This document shows positions 1-10,070 of a DNA stretch of 64,000 nt, piece after piece; the first letter of the stretch is position 1; every line of letters starts with the position of its first letter. The notes below the pieces were generated by a model. The model was not told where the DNA came from. It made no database searches and saw only the letters and a program-made list of their open reading frames with translations. The stretch spans positions 651-64,650 of the forward strand of contig LBYG01000001.1 of the NCBI GenBank assembly GCA_000996085.1, in the 5' to 3' direction. The translations under genes were made by a program, and so were the position numbers. This DNA is from Parcubacteria group bacterium GW2011_GWB1_40_14 (GTDB taxonomy: Bacteria > Patescibacteriota > Minisyncoccia > Terrybacterales > GWB1-40-14).

Positions 1-13
1 GGCGGGGGCTCTG

Positions 14-976
14 TTGGAAAATTTTCTTATTGCAGCCGTATCATCTCTTTTATTAATAAGGGCTTTTCTTAATTTAACCGGATATCCACAATTTGGTTCC
101 GGGGATTGGCATATTGCTCATATGTTATGGGGCGGCATGTTAATGATGGCCTCAATCTTCATGCTTTTATGGTTTTTGGATAAAAATGCCAAACGAATTG
201 CAGCAATAATAGGGGGGGTGGGTTTTGGAGCCTTTATAGATGAATTGGGCAAATTCTTAACCAGTGATAACAATTATTTTTTTCAACCAACCATAGTTCT
301 GATCTATATAATTTTTGTGTTTCTTTTTCTTGTTGTCCGCGCCATCGAAAAATATATTAAGTTATCAAACAAAGATTACGCTATAAACGCCCTTGAAGTT
401 ATGAAAGAAGTTGTTTTGTATGATTTAGATGAACAGGAACGACAACGCGCGCTGCATTTTCTGGAATTAAGCGATCACGACAATCCTGCCGTTGAACCTC
501 TTAAAAAAATGCTCAGTTCTTTAGAGGGCAAGCCCGTGAAAAAAATAGGCATTTTGACTAGATTTAAAAAATTGCTATACGATATCTATATCGAACTTAT
601 CCAAAAGAAGTGGTTTGTTAACGTTCTGGTTTTCTATTTTATAGTTTTCGCAATTTTTAATTTAAGCATCGCTTATGAGGCAATACAAAAAAATGTGACC
701 TTTAATACGCAAGGACAGTTTATTTCCTCAATAATTTCATTAGCTTTTTCTCTTCTCGGTACATACTTTATCGTAATGGATAAACGACTTCTTTCGTATG
801 AAATGTTTAAGGATTCTGTGATCGTGTCTTTGTTTCTTACCCAATTTTTCTTATTTTATACGAAACATTGGTTTGGACTATTTATACTCATAATTAATTT
901 GCTTATTTTAGTTGTATCGCAATATCTAATAGAACAGGAACAAATAATTTATCAGAAACAAAAACATATTATTTAA
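14..976 (+). CDS. hypothetical polytopic membrane protein
   Basis: 320-aa ORF dominated by hydrophobic helices. No catalytic motif recognised. Starts near the window edge, so the true N-terminus could lie upstream. Confidence 0.45.
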   Translation: MENFLIAAVSSLLLIRAFLNLTGYPQFGSGDWHIAHMLWGGMLMMASIFMLLWFLDKNAKRIAAIIGGVGFGAFIDELGKFLTSDNNYFFQPTIVLIYIIFVFLFLVVRAIEKYIKLSNKDYAINALEVMKEVVLYDLDEQERQRALHFLELSDHDNPAVEPLKKMLSSLEGKPVKKIGILTRFKKLLYDIYIELIQKKWFVNVLVFYFIVFAIFNLSIAYEAIQKNVTFNTQGQFISSIISLAFSLLGTYFIVMDKRLLSYEMFKDSVIVSLFLTQFFLFYTKHWFGLFILIINLLILVVSQYLIEQEQIIYQKQKHII

Positions 977-1102
977 ATTACGACTGTGCAGTAAAAATGA
1001 GACAAATTAAGAAAAACCGCCTATGCAAGGCGATTTTCTTGTTGTAAGAACGGTTTTTGGTATATAATTATACATATTAGTATTTAACTTTAATATATAA
1101 AC

Positions 1103-1714
1103 ATGAAAATAAGTGAAATATTTAAAACTCGTAAAACGCGCTTGCCGGCAATGGGACTTATCGTTGCAGTTTTTGTGATACCCGCTGCAGCTTTGATCAC
1201 AACAGCTTTTTGTAATAACAGATGGTGTCAAATTTTTCCGTGGCAGAACAAAACCATATCTGGGTTTGAAGAATGTGTTAGTTTGGGTTATCCTGTCGCA
1301 GAATCACAGCCTAGGCGCTGTTTAACTCCGCAGGGAAGTTTTGTAGAGAATTTAGAGCAACCCACAGGTGGAATAGCAGAATCTTTTTATAGTGAAGAAA
1401 TTGCGGTTGATACGCCGCTTATCAATGCTTTAGTTACAAGTCCGCTTGAAATTAAGGGGAAGGCCAGAGGAAGTTGGTTTTTCGAAGCGTCTTTTCCGGT
1501 TAGTATAGTTGATGCAAATAATAATATTTTAGGGCAATGGTACGCGGAAGCGCTTGAAGATTGGATGACCACAGAATTTGTACCATTCAAAGCAGAATTA
1601 AGTTTTTCTGCTTCTGAAACAAAAATGGGATTTTTAATACTTTCCAAAGACAATCCTTCAGGTTTGCCGGAAAATGACGCAGAAATAAAAATCCCCGTGT
1701 TGTTTACTGAATAA
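1103..1714 (+). CDS. secreted/membrane-anchored Gmad2-type Ig-like domain protein
   Basis: N-terminal hydrophobic anchor (GLIVAVFVIPAAALITTAF). The 'GKARGSWFFEASFPVSIVDANNNILGQWYAEA' segment resembles the Gmad2 Ig-like domain; family assignment made by eye. Confidence 0.45.
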   Translation: MKISEIFKTRKTRLPAMGLIVAVFVIPAAALITTAFCNNRWCQIFPWQNKTISGFEECVSLGYPVAESQPRRCLTPQGSFVENLEQPTGGIAESFYSEEIAVDTPLINALVTSPLEIKGKARGSWFFEASFPVSIVDANNNILGQWYAEALEDWMTTEFVPFKAELSFSASETKMGFLILSKDNPSGLPENDAEIKIPVLFTE

Positions 1715-1781
1715 ATAAGCTAAAAACGTTTAATGTTTAAAGGATCTATGTATATAGATTTAAAGCTTTTGTTTTAAGAAA

Positions 1782-2582
1782 ATGCACAATATTATTGAAG
1801 TTAAGGATTTAATAAAGAAGTATAAAGATTTTACCGCTGTTGACGGTATTTCTTTTTCTGTGGGCAGGGGAGAGTTTTTTGGCTTTGTAGGACCAAATGG
1901 CGCAGGAAAAACGACAACAATAAGCATACTTTCAACGTTGCTGGCGCCCACATCGGGAACGGTTATGGTCAATGATTTTGATGTTGCAAAACAAACCAAC
2001 CAAGTACGTTCTTCGATAGGTATAATTTTTCAGGATCCCGCTCTTGATGTTGAACTTACGGCCTGGGAGAATTTATGGCTGCACGCTAAATTATATGATG
2101 TTCCAAAAGATAAATTTGAAGAGCGAGCCAAAGAACTTTTAGAATTGGTAGATATGGTTGAATGGAAAAATAAAATAGTAAGATCTTTTTCCGGTGGCAT
2201 GAAGCGGAGACTTGAAGTAGTAAGAGGTCTTTTGCATCACCCCAAAGTCTTGTTTTTAGACGAACCTACTATAGGTCTTGATCCGCAAACCAGAGCTTTA
2301 ATATGGCAGTATCTCAAGAATTTGCGCGCAAAAGAGGATATAACTGTTTTTGTTACAACGCATTATTTGCCCGAGACAGAAAATTGTGACCATATTGCAA
2401 TAATGGATAAGGGTAAGATTATCGCATATGGATCACCCGAAGAATTAAAGACGCAATTTAATCAACATTCTATGGATGGTGTTTTTATTGAAGTAACCGG
2501 ACACGGTATACGCGATGAAGAACTTTCTGCTGACGCCACGGCGCGCACTCAGTTCAAACAGAGAGGAGGATGGAGAAGATGA
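1782..2582 (+). CDS. ABC transporter ATP-binding protein (ABC-2 exporter type)
   Basis: Walker A GPNGAGKTT, ABC signature FSGGMKRRLE, Walker B LFLDEPT, H-loop. Overlaps the downstream permease gene by 13 nt. Confidence 0.9.
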   Translation: MHNIIEVKDLIKKYKDFTAVDGISFSVGRGEFFGFVGPNGAGKTTTISILSTLLAPTSGTVMVNDFDVAKQTNQVRSSIGIIFQDPALDVELTAWENLWLHAKLYDVPKDKFEERAKELLELVDMVEWKNKIVRSFSGGMKRRLEVVRGLLHHPKVLFLDEPTIGLDPQTRALIWQYLKNLRAKEDITVFVTTHYLPETENCDHIAIMDKGKIIAYGSPEELKTQFNQHSMDGVFIEVTGHGIRDEELSADATARTQFKQRGGWRR

Positions 2583-3382
2583 GCCATTTTATCAACAGTA
2601 TATATATAATCTGGTATAGAGAATTACTCCGTTTTTGGCGTAATAAAATGAGGGTTTTGACGGGTTTTTCTTTTCCTTTGTTGTGGCTTTTGATTTTCGG
2701 TAATGGAATTTCTGCTTCACTTAGTCTTCCTATACCGGGAGTTAAATTCGTGCAATTTTTGTTTCCGGGGATAATTGCCCAATATTTGATATTTACCGGT
2801 ATGTTTTCTGCTATTTCTATATTGCAGGACAGGGAATTTGGTTTTTTGAAAGAAATATTGGTTTCTCCGATAAGCCGTACGGCTATTGCACTTGGCAAAA
2901 TATTGGGCGGTGCAACAACCTCAAGTCTTCAGGTACTGCCAATACTTTTTCTTGGGCCGCTTGTAGGTGTAAATCTGACAGTAAAAATGATTTTATTGCT
3001 CATACCCGCCATTATACTTTTAGCCATAGCTTTGAGCTCTATAGGCGTAGCAATTACAGCAAGAATGAAATCTCTAGATGCCGGGCAATATATTTTCCAA
3101 TTTCTTGCGTTTCCTCTCGTAATGCTTTCAGGCGCGGTTTTCCCTTTGCATAATTTACCGGTATGGTTGAATTTATTGACAAAAATAAATCCGATTTCTT
3201 ATGCCGTAGATATATTGCGTAAAATTGTTTTTGAAAATAGTAATTTGCCCCCGCAAGCAATAGAATCATTAAGTCCAACCATAAATGGACATGTAGTTGC
3301 CATACACCACGAACTGCTTATAGTTGTTCTCTTTTCTTCGGTAATGATATTTTTTGCTTCACGGGCATTCCATAAGGCATAG
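2570..3382 (+). CDS. ABC-2 family transporter permease
   Basis: 270 aa with six hydrophobic helices. Translationally coupled to the upstream ATPase. Confidence 0.8.
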   Translation: MEKMSHFINSIYIIWYRELLRFWRNKMRVLTGFSFPLLWLLIFGNGISASLSLPIPGVKFVQFLFPGIIAQYLIFTGMFSAISILQDREFGFLKEILVSPISRTAIALGKILGGATTSSLQVLPILFLGPLVGVNLTVKMILLLIPAIILLAIALSSIGVAITARMKSLDAGQYIFQFLAFPLVMLSGAVFPLHNLPVWLNLLTKINPISYAVDILRKIVFENSNLPPQAIESLSPTINGHVVAIHHELLIVVLFSSVMIFFASRAFHKA

Positions 3383-3504
3383 CCATACAAATATTTTTGA
3401 TAAAATAAAGAACTCTAATTTACTTTAAGGGGGGAAAGTCTGTGGCAGGCTTAAAGATATTACAGTTGCTAAGGTAATAGAAATATATCTAAGTAAAATT
3501 TATA

Positions 3505-3538
3505 AAACAGTCCCGATTAATTTTCAGGACTGTTTTTA
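3505..3538. terminator. bidirectional rho-independent terminator hairpin (ABC operon / obg)
   Basis: 'acagtcc' ... 'ggactgt' stem, A-run upstream, T-run downstream. The obg stop codon lies in the loop. Confidence 0.6.
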
Positions 3539-4509
3539 TTTTCAACGTATTTCTCTTTAATTAGTTTATTCAATATCTTCTTAACTTTTTCAAGCGTATC
3601 CCAATCATGTATGGAAAGAGGGTAGGCCTTTATTCTATTCTTTTTGAATTGTGCAATTTTCTTCTTTAATTCTTTTGTGTCTACGGTATCGCTTTTGCTT
3701 AAAAAAACAATTTCTTTCTTTTTTAACAGTGATTTATTGTAAGCGCCCAATTCTTTTCTGATAGTTTTATAATCATGAAACGGTTTTTCAGCGTCGGCTG
3801 CGACAAGATGAAAAAGTAATTTTGTTCGCTCGACATGTTTTAAAAATTTGATACCCAGTCCTTTTCCTAAAGAAGCGCCCTCAATTAGTCCCGGAATATC
3901 AGCTAGGATAAGCTCGTAATAAGTGCCCAAATTTGGTTCCAGTGTGGTAAAAGGATAATTGGCAACCTTGCTCTGGGCGTTTGTTAATTCGTTAAGCAAG
4001 CTTGATTTGCCGGCATTTGGTATCCCAATAAATCCAACGTCAGCAATCAATTTTAACTCAAGCCGTATCGTAAATTGTTCTCCTGGAAGTCCTTTTTGAA
4101 ATTGTTTTGGGCTTGTATTGCGTGAAGAACGGAACAGGAAATTTCCTTTTCCGCCGCGGCCGCCCCTTACCGCCAAAAGACGTTCTCCTATTTTAGTTAT
4201 TTCACTGTTAGTTCCTTTAGTTTTGTTATGTATGACAGTGCCGACGGGAACCTTCAGAATTATATCTTCCCCGTTTGGACCGTCGTTTAGCTGATGCCCG
4301 CCCAACTTACCGCTTTGCGCAAAAAACTCTTTTCTATATCTGAATTGTTGCAAACTTCCAAGATCAGAAATTCCTTCAAAATAAATGTTGCCTCCGTCTC
4401 CTCCGGATCCACCCGCAGGGCCAAGACTCATTTTGGTCTTGTGAAAGGCAACCGCGCCTTTGCCTCCGTCTCCGGCCTGAACCTTTATTGTTACGTCATC
4501 TACCAACAT
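3517..4509 (-). CDS. obg: GTPase Obg
   Basis: N-terminal Obg fold with glycine-rich 'AGDGGKGAVAFHKTKMSLGPAGGSGGDGGNIYFE'. G domain with G1 GIPNAGKSSL, G3 DIPG, G4 SKSD. Shorter than E. coli Obg because it lacks a C-terminal extension. Confidence 0.9.
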   Translation of the reverse strand: MLVDDVTIKVQAGDGGKGAVAFHKTKMSLGPAGGSGGDGGNIYFEGISDLGSLQQFRYRKEFFAQSGKLGGHQLNDGPNGEDIILKVPVGTVIHNKTKGTNSEITKIGERLLAVRGGRGGKGNFLFRSSRNTSPKQFQKGLPGEQFTIRLELKLIADVGFIGIPNAGKSSLLNELTNAQSKVANYPFTTLEPNLGTYYELILADIPGLIEGASLGKGLGIKFLKHVERTKLLFHLVAADAEKPFHDYKTIRKELGAYNKSLLKKKEIVFLSKSDTVDTKELKKKIAQFKKNRIKAYPLSIHDWDTLEKVKKILNKLIKEKYVENKNSPEN

Positions 4510-4511
4510 AA

Positions 4512-5747
4512 TTAATTACTTAACGCCGGGGATAATTTAAGTTGAATGCTTTCTCCTTGCGGATAAAAGTTTAATTCTTTATTGTTTACAATATAGATTT
4601 CCTGTACATCCCACCCGTAAAGGTTCCAGGTTTCAAGGCAATCACCGGAGCCGTTATTGCATAGAACAAGATGTTTTATTCCGGCGGAGTCGATTTCATA
4701 AATTGTTTTGGGGTCTTCATCCGATTTGATCCAACGCGAAGTTAAGTATTCATTTAAAGAACCGTCATTTATTACTTTAACTTTTCCGGCAAACGGTGAG
4801 AGATGCGGATACCATTGTTCTATGTTGCTGGTAAGTATATGCCGTTTAAATTTTTTGTTTCCGGTCTTTTTTATCAGATACACTTCGTGCCTTGAGCCTT
4901 CGCGGACCAAATCTCCATCATTAAGTGATGTTTCCGGGGCGGCAATTGCCGCAAGTGTAGAAGAATGAATTATTATCGGGGTGCCCACTTCGGCCCAGTC
5001 ATATAATTCTTTATCGTCACCATCAAAAAGCCTTATGCAGCCCAAAGAATAAGCAACGCTTACTTTTTTGCCGTTTTTAAAATAAGGCCAACCATGAAGA
5101 TAATAACCGTCGCTTCTGAAGTTTAAACTCCACGGCATCCATGCCTGCGAAAGACTTGAAAGATGTTTTGGTTCTTTGCGCAATACTTTATATTTTCCTT
5201 CCGGCGTATCGCCTCGTCCCGGTCTGCCCTTGCCGGCCACAGGAAAAGTTTTAACTACTTGTCCATCCTGGAATAGGGCAATAACCATGCTTTTGAGGTT
5301 AATATCTATATATTTACCGCTTGTGATTTGCGGATCATAGACCTCTTTTGAAATTTCTGTTGTATTATTTACATTAGTAACTTTAAAGGTATATGTTTTG
5401 TTTAGCGGTCCTACGGTCGCAAAAAAAGAAGGGGAAACAACTTTTATTTCGTAGTTTATATCGGGATTAAAACCCAAGTCAGGCAAGAATATTAATTCAT
5501 GCTGATCAGTCAGCCAAATGACCTCACCTTTTGTTTCAGGGAGGATTTTGAACGAATTTATTGCGGTCTTTTCGGAGATCCAAGAAGGATATTTTACTGT
5601 TATTTGGTCACCGATCTCGGGAGTTTCGGTGCGGTCTATAGAAACCGTATATCGGGGGGTTTTTGCTATTAGTGAAAACAACAAACCGCCTGCGGTTATT
5701 CCGCTAACGATAGCTAAGAAAAGAGTAGGTTTAACGATTTTGTGCAT
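4512..5747 (-). CDS. L,D-transpeptidase (YkuD) domain protein with N-terminal membrane anchor
   Basis: Catalytic motif 'HGWPYF...SLGCIRLFDGD' matches the YkuD His/Cys signature. N-terminal TM helix. Confidence 0.7.
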   Translation of the reverse strand: MHKIVKPTLFLAIVSGITAGGLLFSLIAKTPRYTVSIDRTETPEIGDQITVKYPSWISEKTAINSFKILPETKGEVIWLTDQHELIFLPDLGFNPDINYEIKVVSPSFFATVGPLNKTYTFKVTNVNNTTEISKEVYDPQITSGKYIDINLKSMVIALFQDGQVVKTFPVAGKGRPGRGDTPEGKYKVLRKEPKHLSSLSQAWMPWSLNFRSDGYYLHGWPYFKNGKKVSVAYSLGCIRLFDGDDKELYDWAEVGTPIIIHSSTLAAIAAPETSLNDGDLVREGSRHEVYLIKKTGNKKFKRHILTSNIEQWYPHLSPFAGKVKVINDGSLNEYLTSRWIKSDEDPKTIYEIDSAGIKHLVLCNNGSGDCLETWNLYGWDVQEIYIVNNKELNFYPQGESIQLKLSPALSN

Positions 5748-5795
5748 GTTTATAGTATAACAGTAAAAGAATTAAAACGGCAGAATGTTTTTATC

Positions 5796-5824
5796 TTGAC
5801 AATACTCCATTTATTTGTTATTAT
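5796..5824 (+). promoter_or_regulatory. sigma70-like promoter TTGACA-N17-TATTAT upstream of CAP-domain gene
   Basis: Read directly from sequence. Followed by the hairpin at 5834-5861. Confidence 0.45.
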
Positions 5825-5833
5825 ATAGAACAA

Positions 5834-5861
5834 GGCCACAGTATATAATATTGCTGTGGCC
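5834..5861 (+). promoter_or_regulatory. 8-bp stem hairpin (ggccacag/ctgtggcc) whose loop contains a TATAAT hexamer
   Basis: Perfect inverted repeat seen in sequence. Possible operator or 5'-UTR structure. Confidence 0.35.
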
Positions 5862-5938
5862 ATTCTACTAAAAATAAGGTTTTTACAAGTAAGGAAATAA
5901 AAGATATAATCTATATAGATATTTGGGGCAATCTCTTT

Positions 5939-6739
5939 ATGACAAAAGTATTTAAAAGAATCAGTGAGCATGCAATAGATTTCTTGGTTCCTTCGGAAAG
6001 GAACGGATTTATACCGCGGGCTTTGGGCGTGCGCTCTTTTTTTTACTACGGCTTTTTAATCTTTGTTGTAGCTATAATGCTTTTTTCTCCGCTAACAAAG
6101 ACTTTGCCCTGGAGAGTCTTTTTAGCCAATCTTTCACAGGAATTAATTTTGACTCAGACAAACCCGGTAAGACAATCAGTGGGCATTTCTCCTCTTCAAG
6201 TAGACCCGCTTTTAGCTGAGGCTGCGCGCATGAAAGCAGAGGACATGATAGCTAGAGATTATTTTTCACACATAGGTCCAAGCGGTGAATTGCCGTGGAA
6301 ATGGATAGAGGCTTTGGGTTATAAATATGCCGCTGCAGGAGAAAATCTCGCGATAGATTTTTCTGATCCAAGCGCTTTAGTTAATGCGTGGATGGCTTCA
6401 CCAACTCACGCGGCAAACATACAAAATGGGGTTTTTACTGATGTTGGTATAGGAGTTGCCGAAGGTGTGTTTGAAGGAAGAAATACAGCAGTTGTAGTTA
6501 TGTTTTTAGGAAGCAAAGCAAAAACCACTGTTGCGGTAGTTCAGCCTTCTCCTCCACCTGCTCCATTGTTCGCTCCTGAGCCCCCTCCCGCACCGGATCC
6601 TGTTTCACAGCCTGATCCAGTACCGTCACCAGTACCAGTTGAGCCTACTGAAACCTCACAACAAACAGTTACATCGGTTCCTATAAACACTCAAGCTGTC
6701 AGATCAGATACGCCTACAATATCTGAGAACAATATCTGA
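5939..6739 (+). CDS. CAP (SCP/PR-1/YkwD-like) domain secreted protein with C-terminal Pro-rich tail
   Basis: 'DYFSHIGPSGELPWKWIEALGYKYAAAGENLAIDFSDPSALVNAWMASPTHAANI' matches CAP-domain core motifs. N-terminal TM/signal. PPPAPLFAPEPPPAPDP linker. Confidence 0.75.
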   Translation: MTKVFKRISEHAIDFLVPSERNGFIPRALGVRSFFYYGFLIFVVAIMLFSPLTKTLPWRVFLANLSQELILTQTNPVRQSVGISPLQVDPLLAEAARMKAEDMIARDYFSHIGPSGELPWKWIEALGYKYAAAGENLAIDFSDPSALVNAWMASPTHAANIQNGVFTDVGIGVAEGVFEGRNTAVVVMFLGSKAKTTVAVVQPSPPPAPLFAPEPPPAPDPVSQPDPVPSPVPVEPTETSQQTVTSVPINTQAVRSDTPTISENNI

Positions 6740-6743
6740 GAAG

Positions 6744-7073
6744 GTGGTTGCATTAAATTCCGGAAATAATGAAACTGTAGAACTTCAAAAACCTCTTATT
6801 GTTAGAACAGAAGAGATTGTTCGTAACGATGTTGCTGTAGAAGAATCTGCGGAAATTGTTTCGGATGATAAAACCAATGCCAATACGTTGGGATTGTTTT
6901 TAATTCAAGCGCCAACAATAGCGCGATTTGGTTTAAGTTTGTTTTTTGCATCTATGTTTGGTGTTGCGGTTTTGATGTTTATGTTTGATAAAGCTTGGGC
7001 ACCGCGCTTTATTTCTCGGGCAAGCATTTCGTTATTGTTAATATCGGCTCTTTGGGTTCCGGAAATTTTATAA
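6744..7073 (+). CDS. hypothetical small membrane protein (GTG start)
   Basis: 109-aa ORF with C-terminal TM helices. Directly downstream of the CAP gene. No homology recognised. Confidence 0.3.
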   Translation: MVALNSGNNETVELQKPLIVRTEEIVRNDVAVEESAEIVSDDKTNANTLGLFLIQAPTIARFGLSLFFASMFGVAVLMFMFDKAWAPRFISRASISLLLISALWVPEIL

Positions 7074-7292
7074 AGCTATTTTTATGCGCGACGACTAAAT
7101 CTCCACACAGGGAGGTTTTTATTTATATATTATGGTTGCTAAGGTTTTTCACAAATAAAAGCATCTATTCTTGCGAATTGATAGTATTTATGGTATAGCA
7201 TTTCTAGCGTATTCGTTCTTTGAAAGGAGAATGGCATAATTATTTAAGCTTTAACACGGCAATTGCGAGACAAATAGTAGCGGAGGTTAGGA

Positions 7293-9241
7293 ATGTTTCG
7301 CTCGAAGCGTCACGCCCGGAACTTTTTTGCTGCATCTGCCTCAGCCCTTTTGTTTTTTTCGTTGTTTGTTCCACGCAGCGCATTTGCTGTTGGTCCAGAC
7401 ATCGTCTTAAGCGAAAGCGGCTGGAGTGATCCTGCGGTAGGTAAACCGGAGTTTCTGTTAGAAATATTTCGGTAAACGGTTTCTTTTACGGGTTATATGT
7501 AAATTTCTCGACAGGCGTTACTTTAGATGCCAATACACTTGGCATTAATAATTACGGTATATATCTGAATTTTTCCGACGGTAACGTCATTCGCAATAAT
7601 TCTGTTTCAGATAGTTCCGCAACAGGCATTTTTACTCAGGAATCCGATAACAATACGATTTCCGGAAATGAAGTTCGTCTCAGCGGTTTCGGTATTTTTC
7701 TTGGGAGATCTTCTCTCAATACAGTATCGAATAACATCGCCATATCAAACGGCCTTCACGGAATTACGCTTGATTCTAATTCGAATTCAAATACTGTTGC
7801 AGATAATTTTGTTTTGGATAATAGCGCAAACGGCATTGCTTTGTTTTTGAATAGCAGCGGCAATGTTTTGTCCGGAAACACTTCTTCGGGTAATGGCGCT
7901 AACGGTTTATTGCTTTATTTCTCTCCGAATAACGTTGTGAGCAATAACGTTTCGGAAGAGAATTTTAACGGTATCCAGATCGGTTCTTTTGCCAACGATA
8001 ATAGTATTGTCGGCAATACCGTACGTAATAATTCAAATTACGGAATTTTCATTTTTGACCTCAGTACCACAAATACTGTTAAGTACAATACGGTTTCGGG
8101 TAACGGAATCGGAGTTCAGATAACCAATGCTTCGAACAATTCTGTTTACAATAATAACTTTGTAAACAATGCGGTTCAGGCAAGCGTTGAAACTAACGAA
8201 AATACTTTTGGTAACGTTTTCTATAAAGATCTGCCCGTTGGCGGAAATCATTGGAGCGATGGAATTTCTCCGGATGCGGATAACGATGGCTTGCTCGATG
8301 AACCGTATATCTTCTCTGGCGGATTCGATGCGTTTCCGTGGATTGGATTAGACGGTTGGTTTTCGTCACTCCCGCCATCAGATGTAGTTGCTCCGACCAC
8401 AGCAGTTTCTTTAAGCGGAACACAAGGCAATAACAGTTGGTATATTTCAGCCATTAGCGTTGAACTTGTTGCTACGGATAACCAAGATGGTACGGGCGTA
8501 GCCTCGACTGAATATAGTTTTGACGGCTCTTCCTGGAATCTTTATGTTGGTCCGTTTGAAGTAACGCAACAAGGCGAAACGATGCTTTACTGGCGTTCAA
8601 CTGATAATGCCGGAAACGTCGAAGAAGTCTTGTCGCAGATGCTTCGCATCGACACAAGTCCTCCTGAGATAGTTATTGCGACACCGCAGAATAACGCGGA
8701 GTATCTTTTGCATCAAATTGTTAATGCTGACTGGAGTTCTAACGATTCGGTTTCGGGATTGCTCAGCGCAGAGAGCGTTTGTCTAAACGCAGCCGCTCTT
8801 GATACTTTGCAGGAAAATGTTCATACGTGTTCAGTAACAGCGGAAGATAATGCTGGCAATATTACTACGTACAGTGTTACGTATTATGTACGCTATGTAT
8901 TCGGCGGGGTTTTACAGCCAATTAATTCCGATGGCAGTAGCGTTTTTAAACTAAAAGGCTCAATAAAAGTAGCGTTTCAATTGTTTGACGCAAACGGCAA
9001 TTTTGTTACTGATGCAATCGCTACATTAACTTATAAAAAGTTGAGTAACAGTATTTCTGGCTCGCAAAGCGAATCAGTTATTACTGAATCAGCATCAGAA
9101 GGCAACGTCTTCCGTTACGATACCGATAAAGATCAATATTTCTTCATTCTTAAGACAAAAGGATTGTCTGCCGGAACGTGGCAGCTTTCAGTCTCTCTTG
9201 ATGACGGTACGGTTTACACCGTAAATATTTCAGTAAATTAA
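7293..9241 (+). pseudogene. signal-peptide-bearing right-handed parallel beta-helix (PbH1/NosD-like) surface protein, N-terminus out of frame with the body (frameshift near 7443-7446)
   Basis: Frame 0 (7293-7475) encodes 'MFRSKRHARNFFAASASALLFFSLFVPRSAFAVGPDIVL...'. Frame 2 is open from 7445 with no ATG/GTG/TTG until 7814 and encodes beta-helix repeats ('ISVNGFFYGLYVNFSTGVTLDANTLGINNYGIYLNFSDGNVIRNN...'). It continues through the 7814-9241 ORF (N-x-I-x-x-N repeats). The C-terminus ('STEYSFDGSSWNLYVGPFEV...LYWRSTDNAGNVEE') is a chitobiase/Ig-like domain. Confidence 0.6.
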
Positions 9242-9250
9242 CATTAATAG

Positions 9251-9285
9251 GCCTCCGAAGTAATTCGGAGGCATTTACTTTTCAT
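9251..9285 (+). terminator. rho-independent terminator (gcctccgaa-gtaa-ttcggaggc + T-rich tail)
   Basis: Perfect 9-bp stem followed by 'atttacttttcatttt'. Confidence 0.7.
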
Positions 9286-9381
9286 TTTATCTTTAGCACG
9301 ATATACTGAAAAGTAATCCTTCGGCTTCGCTCAGGATGCACGTGATTGCAACTGCTCGCGAAACTCGCAGGCAATTACGGC

Positions 9382-9582
9382 ATGGATGATGAAATATTAA
9401 AACAACTTAAAGAAAATCAAGTTTTACTTGAAAAGACATATAAAACTGTTGAGCGCCTAAAAAAATATTTTATGTGGACGCTTATAATAACAGTTATTAC
9501 CGTTATACTGCCCATTATCGGATTAATATTTTTGTTGCCAATGCTTATGAGAAGTTTAGGCGGAGGGATTTTGGGACTATAA
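9382..9582 (+). CDS. hypothetical small membrane protein
   Basis: 66 aa from the ATG at 9382; the ORF-track start at 9346 is a TTG. One TM helix and a Gly-rich C-terminus. Weak call. Confidence 0.3.
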   Translation: MDDEILKQLKENQVLLEKTYKTVERLKKYFMWTLIITVITVILPIIGLIFLLPMLMRSLGGGILGL

Positions 9583-9607
9583 AAACACTAGTTAATATAT
9601 TATAAAC

Positions 9608-10069
9608 ATGAAACAAATTTCTGTATTTTTTAGACTAATAGATAAATTTTATCCTCCCGTCAAAGTGCATGCGCATTGTGATGTGCCGTGCGGTTTATAC
9701 GATACTGCTGCGGCAAAAATGGCGGCAAGTACGGTCGTTAAAATGGTAGAGAAAATTAACGCCCTGCCTGACGATGAAAAAGATCCGCAAAAAATGCTTG
9801 AGGCGCGCAATTCTTTTGTCCGTATGGTAATCACTAAAGAACAGCATGCTGAGATATGTAAGCGTGAGCTTTTAATATTATGGACAGACTTTTTTAAATC
9901 CGAGCATCTTGAAATGTTTCCGCAATTACACGAAACATTTTGGCATGCCGCTAAATTATGTTCTAAAAATAAACAGAATATAAGCGCGGAAGCCGCGGAG
10001 GAATTACAGGAAGCGGTGGTTAAGATAGAAGAAATGTTTCTGGCCGTAAAAGCTAAATCAGTAAAATAG
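9608..10069 (+). CDS. sodN: nickel superoxide dismutase precursor
   Basis: After a 22-aa leader comes 'HCDVPCGLYD', the Ni-hook motif of NiSOD (His1-Cys2-x-x-Pro5-Cys6-Gly-x-Tyr9). The remaining ~130 aa match the helical-bundle length. Cognate peptidase gene follows. Confidence 0.8.
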   Translation: MKQISVFFRLIDKFYPPVKVHAHCDVPCGLYDTAAAKMAASTVVKMVEKINALPDDEKDPQKMLEARNSFVRMVITKEQHAEICKRELLILWTDFFKSEHLEMFPQLHETFWHAAKLCSKNKQNISAEAAEELQEAVVKIEEMFLAVKAKSVK

Positions 10070-10070
10070 A

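Noticed and set aside
7440-7475. Programmed -1 ribosomal frameshift joining signal peptide and beta-helix body
   Set aside because: No X-XXY-YYZ slippery heptamer or obvious downstream pseudoknot. A single-base indel in the A-run is the simpler explanation.
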